Made by a program: the position numbers and the translations under genes | Part shown: positions 59,150 through 64,000 of the stretch, piece after piece | Layout: every line of letters begins with the position of its first letter | Position numbering within the stretch: position 1 is the stretch's first letter | Notes under the pieces: generated by a model | The model's database searches: none | What the model saw: only the letters and a program-made list of their open reading frames with translations | What the model was told of the DNA's origin: nothing | From: a virus | Strand: one strand, 5' to 3' | IMG/VR virus record: IMGVR_UViG_3300032304_001168 | DNA length: 64,000 nucleotides

Positions 59150-59620
59150 TTAAATTTCGTTTATTTTATATGTTATTTTTACTTTTAAAGTACCATCACC
59201 ACTTGTTATTGCACTAGGACCTGCGTATCCTAATTCAACATTTTTATTTAGTTCAAAAGAACCTTTACTTTCTAAAAACATATTAAATGTAGCCATATTT
59301 ATGTTTTCAGATTCTAAATCAACATCAACTATGTAACTTGATTTATCCATATTAATTTCTAAATCTCCTGAAACTGAGTAAGCATTTGAACCTGGAAAGA
59401 ACTCTACAACACCATACCAAGTATAATATTTATTTTCCCCTGGTACAGGTAAGAGTTCGATAGAACCTCCTAGTCCTCCCAAATTTAAAATTTCAGCACT
59501 TGAAACATTGATGGTTTCAGTAATCCAACCATCTCCAACACTTATTGGTTGCCCATTAAGTGTTATTGATTGTGTTACATCAATTGAACCGGCTTTAAAT
59601 GTATCTACTACTAAAGGCAT
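59150..59620 (-). CDS. Hypothetical virion decoration/fibre-associated protein
   Basis: N-terminus MPLVVDTFKAGSID is paralogous to MPYVIDTINTGSIN of the next gene. Confidence 0.6.
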   Translation of the reverse strand: MPLVVDTFKAGSIDVTQSITLNGQPISVGDGWITETINVSSAEILNLGGLGGSIELLPVPGENKYYTWYGVVEFFPGSNAYSVSGDLEINMDKSSYIVDVDLESENINMATFNMFLESKGSFELNKNVELGYAGPSAITSGDGTLKVKITYKINEI

Positions 59621-59717
59621 TGTTTGTTTTTTTTATTAAGTTTATTTGATAATAAATACTTTACTTTATAATAAAAATATCTATTTTCAAAACTTATTAA
59701 AAAAAATAACAATTATA

Positions 59718-59813
59718 TTATGGTGTGGTTGTCGTTGTTGAAGTACAAGGACAACATTCGGTTGTGGTTGTGGTAGTATAGGGTCTGTTAACACAACAAG
59801 GGAACTTGTCAAT
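59718..59813 (-). pseudogene. Start-less 3' gene remnant: alternative C-terminus of the 60613..63000 gene
   Basis: Reads IDKFPCCVNRPYTTTTTTECCPCTSTTTTTP*; 59782-59804 matches 62579-62601 (FPCCVNGP) at 21/23 nt. Confidence 0.75.
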
Positions 59814-59817
59814 TTTA

Positions 59818-60573
59818 TTATTGTTTAATCATTAATATACCTGGTACATTTAATGGTGCCGCACTTGTACCATCTGTTTGAAATATAGTACCTGTAGGTA
59901 ATGCTGATGCTGCTACGTCATCAGCATATGCTGGTACATTTTTTAGATAAAATCCACCGTCAGAAATTCTAAATTCATAATCCAAAGCACCTCCTTGATT
60001 ATCATAAATTAATTTTATTTCATCTTGTAATATTTGTAATCTATTTTGATAGCCTGTTGTATTATTAATATAATTTAATTCAACTTGTGAATTATTACCA
60101 AACATACTTGCAAATATATCATTAGTAACATCATTATATTGTACATTGACAGAATTTTCGCTAACTGATAAAGTATTTGTAACATCATTTGTTTGATAAC
60201 TTAAAGATGAACTAATATAACTAGTATCAAAAACAGATTGTTTAGAATTAATTGTATCAAGTACTATACGACTATATCCAGATGATGCCATATATGTTAA
60301 ATTTTGATAAGTTGCATCCGTAACCTGAGTATTCAAAGTTGTATCAGCAACATCCAATATTGTAAGTCCATCAGGTGATGTAATTGATAGATTACCCGTC
60401 GAAGCACCTTGTGTTAAGACTTGTTCTAATGTAGGTGTTGTGTCACTAGTTGATAATCCTGAATAAGGTATATGATATGTTACACCACTAAGTTCTACTG
60501 CAAACAAAGTGTCTGATGTTATTCCTGTTAGTAGTGCTAATTCACCAATTGTTTTTCCTGTTAAAGTTGCCAT
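59818..60573 (-). CDS. Tail fibre/spike-like hypothetical protein
   Basis: KTIGELALLTGIT N-terminus, TLEQVLTQG, beta-rich body, VPAYADDVAASALPTGTIFQT C-terminus. Confidence 0.55.
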   Translation of the reverse strand: MATLTGKTIGELALLTGITSDTLFAVELSGVTYHIPYSGLSTSDTTPTLEQVLTQGASTGNLSITSPDGLTILDVADTTLNTQVTDATYQNLTYMASSGYSRIVLDTINSKQSVFDTSYISSSLSYQTNDVTNTLSVSENSVNVQYNDVTNDIFASMFGNNSQVELNYINNTTGYQNRLQILQDEIKLIYDNQGGALDYEFRISDGGFYLKNVPAYADDVAASALPTGTIFQTDGTSAAPLNVPGILMIKQ

Positions 60574-60612
60574 TTTGTTTTTTTTATATATAAATATTCT
60601 AATTTATTTAAA

Positions 60613-63000
60613 TTATGGTGGACAAGTTCCCCAAGCTGGTCTTGGTAATACCCAAGATGTTGCATTAGTGTCAAAATCAGTTGGTATTGATGGAACATTA
60701 GTTACACACCAACTACTTAAATCTTGATTAAATGATGATGCGTTATAAAACATATAACTCATAGTAGTAACACCGCTCACATTCCAATTTCCAATGTCTT
60801 GGTTAAATGGTGTTGCGTTATAAAACATATTAATCATATTAGTTACACCACTAACGTTCCAACTTCCAATGTCTTGGTTAAATGGTGTTCCAAAAAACAT
60901 ACTACTCATATTAGTAACACTACTCACATTCCAATTTCCAATGTCTTGATTAAATGGTGTATTAGCAAACATAGCACCCATATCAGTAACATTACTAACA
61001 TCCCAACTACTTATGTCTTGATTAAATAATGTATTATAAAACATATAACTCATATTAGTAACACTACTCACATTCCAATTTCCAATGTCTTGGTTAAATG
61101 GTGTACCATAAAACATAAAATTCATACTAGTAACACCACTAACGTTCCAACTACTAATATCTTGGTTGAATAATGAACTATTAAACATAGCATTCATATT
61201 AGTTATACTACTTACACTCCAAGAATCAATATTATTAATTGTTGTAATATTTGTACAATTTTGAAACATACCAACCAATGAAGTTATTCCCATTAAATTA
61301 ATTGCATCTGTAACACCAGATAAAACTAAATTTGAACAATTATAAAAATAATTATTATTATTAGTAAGTCTCAAACAACCCCACCTTTGAATCTCAATTA
61401 ATTTTGGTGCTTCAGTTGGGTAGTCATAAAAACGATAACCAATTAATGTTCCTTCAATTGTAACAACATAATCACCAGCAACTGAGTATGTATGAGTTCT
61501 TTCTGTTTGATTCCAAGATGTTATTGTATCTATATTTCCATCACCCCAATCCACAATAAAACTATATGTTCCACTACTTTCTAATGGTAATGTTATTGAT
61601 TCAGATGGAGATGTTGTTCTCCATACAGATATGAATGGATTTGGTATTGGACTTGGAGTAGGTGTAGGAGTCTGCGTTGGTGTCGGAGTTGGTGTCTCTG
61701 ACGATGTAGGTGTTATTGTAGGTGTAGGTGTCAGAGTTTCTGTAGGTGTTGGTGTAATCGTTGGAGTTATTGTAGGTGTTGGTGTAATCGTTGGAGTTAT
61801 TGTAGGTGTTGGTGTCGGAGTTGGGGGTTGTTCAAATTGTATTTGATTTGCCAAAAAATTAATTGGAAAATTAATACTTGGAGAATCAATGAACAATTCA
61901 CCAATTTGATTCAAACTATAAAAATTCAAAGAAGAATTGTTAGTAATAGTTTGACCTAATGTTTGATTTATAGGAATAATAACCGTTGACGAAATGTTTA
62001 CACTTCCACCACCAATTAATCCCAAATTAAGAGATAATGGTATTGAAACAACTTCATTTATAGGTATATTAGAAGTTATTGTAAATGTTGTTATAACCGA
62101 ACCACTTGCAATATAAACGTTTACAAGATATTCAAGAGTTGGGTCAACATAACTCAAATATTCATTACTACCTACCTCAACATATACATCAGTTTCTTCA
62201 GTTAAAATTGCGTCAATTATTTGTTGTACTGGTGATGGTGTTGGTGTTGGTTGTGGAGGAAATATTGTATTAAATGATTCTACAAAATTATAAGCTATTG
62301 GATAAACAACCGAAATATTACTAAATGTGGAAGTTCCATCCAAATTATAGTAATCATCAGGCAATATAACCTCACCAAACCCAATGTTTGAGCCAGCATT
62401 TATTGCAATACTAGTTGAAATTGTTAATCCAGTTCCGACTAATTGTCCTAAAGTATTTGTAAAATTTAATGTTAGTGCATCCGTTAATATATCAGAAGAT
62501 GTAACAACATAGTCAATCTTTACTGAACTTACTGTTACAACACTTACTATATTTAAATTTATTGTAATTGCTGTTGTAGGTCCGTTAACACAACAAGGAA
62601 ATTCTGAGATATAACAAGAATCGTATTCCAAATCATCAGCAATAAATGATTCTTGGACATTTATATATAATTTTTCTCTAATTGGTAATATTAAAACACC
62701 ATCAGAACTTCTTAACATAAATTGTCCCTCATATCTTCCAACTCTATTTGTATCTCTATTTTGGAATTGATAATATAGGTAATATTCCTTTTCAGCATTT
62801 GGGTCAACATTTGTCTTCTCAACAAACCCAGCTGGTCTTGAAACAATTTTAGCGACGCCACTTTCAACATCAACCATAGAAAAAAATAAAGCAGATTGTT
62901 CTATTAAACTCATAAAGTTGTTATAGTCCAATCTACCATTCTTAACCACTTGTAATTTAAGAAGTGGAAGTGTCGAATTTTTACGTATGAAGAATTCCAT
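60613..63000 (-). CDS. Adhesin: BppU-like anchor, Ig-like domains, Pro/Thr linker, PKD-like domain and DUF285/BspA-type repeats
   Basis: [13 protein letters not shown]...[12 protein letters not shown] anchor; (PT)n linker; VDWGDG; repeated [20 protein letters not shown]. Confidence 0.85.
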   Translation of the reverse strand: MEFFIRKNSTLPLLKLQVVKNGRLDYNNFMSLIEQSALFFSMVDVESGVAKIVSRPAGFVEKTNVDPNAEKEYYLYYQFQNRDTNRVGRYEGQFMLRSSDGVLILPIREKLYINVQESFIADDLEYDSCYISEFPCCVNGPTTAITINLNIVSVVTVSSVKIDYVVTSSDILTDALTLNFTNTLGQLVGTGLTISTSIAINAGSNIGFGEVILPDDYYNLDGTSTFSNISVVYPIAYNFVESFNTIFPPQPTPTPSPVQQIIDAILTEETDVYVEVGSNEYLSYVDPTLEYLVNVYIASGSVITTFTITSNIPINEVVSIPLSLNLGLIGGGSVNISSTVIIPINQTLGQTITNNSSLNFYSLNQIGELFIDSPSINFPINFLANQIQFEQPPTPTPTPTITPTITPTPTITPTITPTPTETLTPTPTITPTSSETPTPTPTQTPTPTPSPIPNPFISVWRTTSPSESITLPLESSGTYSFIVDWGDGNIDTITSWNQTERTHTYSVAGDYVVTIEGTLIGYRFYDYPTEAPKLIEIQRWGCLRLTNNNNYFYNCSNLVLSGVTDAINLMGITSLVGMFQNCTNITTINNIDSWSVSSITNMNAMFNSSLFNQDISSWNVSGVTSMNFMFYGTPFNQDIGNWNVSSVTNMSYMFYNTLFNQDISSWDVSNVTDMGAMFANTPFNQDIGNWNVSSVTNMSSMFFGTPFNQDIGSWNVSGVTNMINMFYNATPFNQDIGNWNVSGVTTMSYMFYNASSFNQDLSSWCVTNVPSIPTDFDTNATSWVLPRPAWGTCPP
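60700..61230 (-). repeat. DUF285 tandem repeats (about 22 aa / 66 nt unit)
   Basis: About 7 to 8 copies of FNQDIxxWxVSxVTxMxxMF. Confidence 0.9.
61645..61828 (-). repeat. Pro/Thr linker repeat
   Basis: Exact 30-nt tandem tgtaggtgttggtgtaatcgttggagttat at 61741 and 61771, plus degenerate copies. Confidence 0.9.
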
Positions 63001-63063
63001 TTAGTTTTTATATATAAATACTATGAAAAATGAAATCCCATTAATGATTTTTCATTAACCAAA

Positions 63064-63582
63064 TTACAAATAGAAAATTTTGAAATTATAATTTTTAATA
63101 TTTTCTATAATAAATCTATCCGCACTTTTTTGTCCTCCAAATTTTTTTAACCATTCTCCATCATCTGAGAAAGCTGATGTTATTATTTTAATTTTATAAA
63201 TTGTATCATTTGGGTCGAACCTAGGTTTTATTTTTTTAAAATCAATTAAATATTCAATATAATCACTACCTCTATCAAAACTATCAACTAAAATAATTGG
63301 TTCAGTATCATCTTCATTCTCTAATATATCTAAAATTTCGTAGAATTTATTTCTAATTGATTTTAGGATTATATTAGTATCAACACCAGATTTATATTGT
63401 TTATTTATTAAAAGTGATTCAATTTTACTATTAAATGATTTTTCTCCACCCCTTTCAAATCTTTGGTGATAAGTATCAAACACCAAAAAGATATTATTAT
63501 CGTTTTTGATTGTTTCAAGTTTATAATTCACAAAATCGTCTGATTCACAAATTATTTGTTTTAATGTATCTAATAATTTCAT
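63064..63582 (-). CDS. Hypothetical protein with MKLLDTLKQIICE leader
   Basis: ATG 63582 preferred because the track's start lies inside a terminator hairpin; TATTTATA upstream. Confidence 0.6.
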   Translation of the reverse strand: MKLLDTLKQIICESDDFVNYKLETIKNDNNIFLVFDTYHQRFERGGEKSFNSKIESLLINKQYKSGVDTNIILKSIRNKFYEILDILENEDDTEPIILVDSFDRGSDYIEYLIDFKKIKPRFDPNDTIYKIKIITSAFSDDGEWLKKFGGQKSADRFIIENIKNYNFKIFYL

Positions 63583-63586
63583 ATAT

Positions 63587-63621
63587 AAAAAAAATGTCCT
63601 CAATATAAATATGAGGACATT
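63587..63621 (-). terminator. Intrinsic terminator with the TATTTATA motif in its loop
   Basis: AATGTCCTCA-tatttatat-TGAGGACATT followed by a T-run on the minus strand. Confidence 0.8.
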
Positions 63622-63778
63622 AATTATAAGTTTTTTGAACCCCTCACAAGGCGGGTGGTAATCTTACAACCAATCTGGTATATACTCAACCAGCACCTGT
63701 TGACACTTATGGTAGTCCATCCTAACGATGTTTATACACCCCTAACTTTTATTGGTAAGTCATCAACCATTTATTGTC
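63587..63778 (-). ncRNA. Candidate structured non-coding RNA (about 190 nt)
   Basis: Promoter upstream, terminator downstream, higher GC than other intergenic DNA, several stems, only 12- and 18-codon ORFs noticed. Confidence 0.5.
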
Positions 63779-63781
63779 CTA

Positions 63782-63812
63782 CAAAGATAGGAGTTCTCTA
63801 TAAATATCCAAA
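63782..63812 (-). promoter_or_regulatory. Bacteroidota-type promoter
   Basis: TTTG-N19-TATCTTTG (consensus TTTG / TAnnTTTG), with TATTTATA in the spacer. Confidence 0.65.
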
Positions 63813-63918
63813 GAGTTTGTAAGTTTTTTTTAATTTTATTTTCTTAAATACTATTACCATATTTATATTGACATATTATTTTACTATAATAGACAATAAA
63901 TCTTAATTAAAAATAAAA

Positions 63919-64000
63919 ATGAAAAAAGTATTAATCACATTAATTATAACTCTAACAAGTTTTTTAGCTAAAAGTCAAACTTGTATTGACACAATAGCAT
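63919..64000 (+). CDS. Partial secreted protein (signal peptide only)
   Basis: MKKVLITLIITLTSFLAKS-QTCIDTIA; open to the window edge. Confidence 0.65.
   Translation, partial: MKKVLITLIITLTSFLAKSQTCIDTIA

Noticed and set aside
59800-60631. 11-bp inverted repeat (gggaacttgtc at 59800 and gacaagttccc at 60621) flanking the 251-aa gene as a possible invertible segment
   Set aside because: Short, no invertase in the window, inversion would give no useful fusion, and the left copy is already explained by the direct-repeat junction.
60700-61230. Regular repeats as a CRISPR array or a DGR template/variable pair
   Set aside because: They are in-frame coding DUF285 repeats with no unique spacers, and there is no cas or reverse transcriptase gene in the window.
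931-61846. Many short ORFs in the track overlapping long genes (e.g. 931..1203, 7434..7706, 27986..28441, 30221..30601, 56062..56409, 57699..58094, 61631..61846, 2815..3042, 40600..40893)
   Set aside because: Antisense or off-frame shadows with no recognisable motifs. Only 46155..46961 has a coherent domain architecture.
63630-63780. tRNA gene in the structured intergenic region
   Set aside because: No cloverleaf with acceptor stem and properly placed T-loop was found, so it is kept only as an unclassified ncRNA candidate.
63868-63890. TTGACA...TATAAT upstream of the last partial gene
   Set aside because: Spacer is only 11 nt, too short for a sigma70 promoter.
1-64000. Stop-codon reassignment as seen in some large Bacteroidota phages
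   Set aside because: Conserved genes are full-length in the standard code, and TAG, TGA and TAA all end genes at expected positions.

Overview
A low-GC (roughly 30%), gene-dense 64 kb piece of a large T4-like contractile-tailed phage genome, using the standard genetic code. The host is probably Bacteroidota: starts are A-rich with no Shine-Dalgarno, one promoter matches TTTG-N19-TAnnTTTG, and one signal peptide has Gln at +1. Most genes are on the minus strand. The window holds baseplate, tail and neck genes (gp6-, gp25-, gp53-, hub-, tape measure-, gp26-, tube-, sheath-, gp15/14/13-like) mixed with replication genes (nrdAB, DnaB-like helicase, 5'-3' exonuclease, RecA/UvsX, gp32-like SSB, SNF2-like helicase, family B polymerase) and an adhesin/fibre region. 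Main findings: (1) a 366-aa intein in the helicase DExH box whose homing endonuclease (Zn fingers, NUMOD3, Vsr/DUF559) is a separate gene overprinted in the +1 frame, with both frames open for about 800 nt and a putative late promoter inside the intein; (2) a 905-aa MnSOD plus two nuclease-like domains separated by T4 gp21-type (I/L)xE sites, suggesting a capsid-packaged polyprotein, and several other proteins with similar leaders; (3) two alternative adhesin cassettes of about 2.8 kb in tandem, bounded by two direct-repeat pairs that overlap at one junction; (4) a likely +1 frameshift (UUU_UUU_CGC) in the tail chaperone gene; (5) a structured ncRNA candidate between a promoter and a terminator; (6) a recurring TATTTAT(A) upstream motif and an unannotated ribbon-helix-helix regulator. 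All family calls come from motifs read by eye; no database searches were run.
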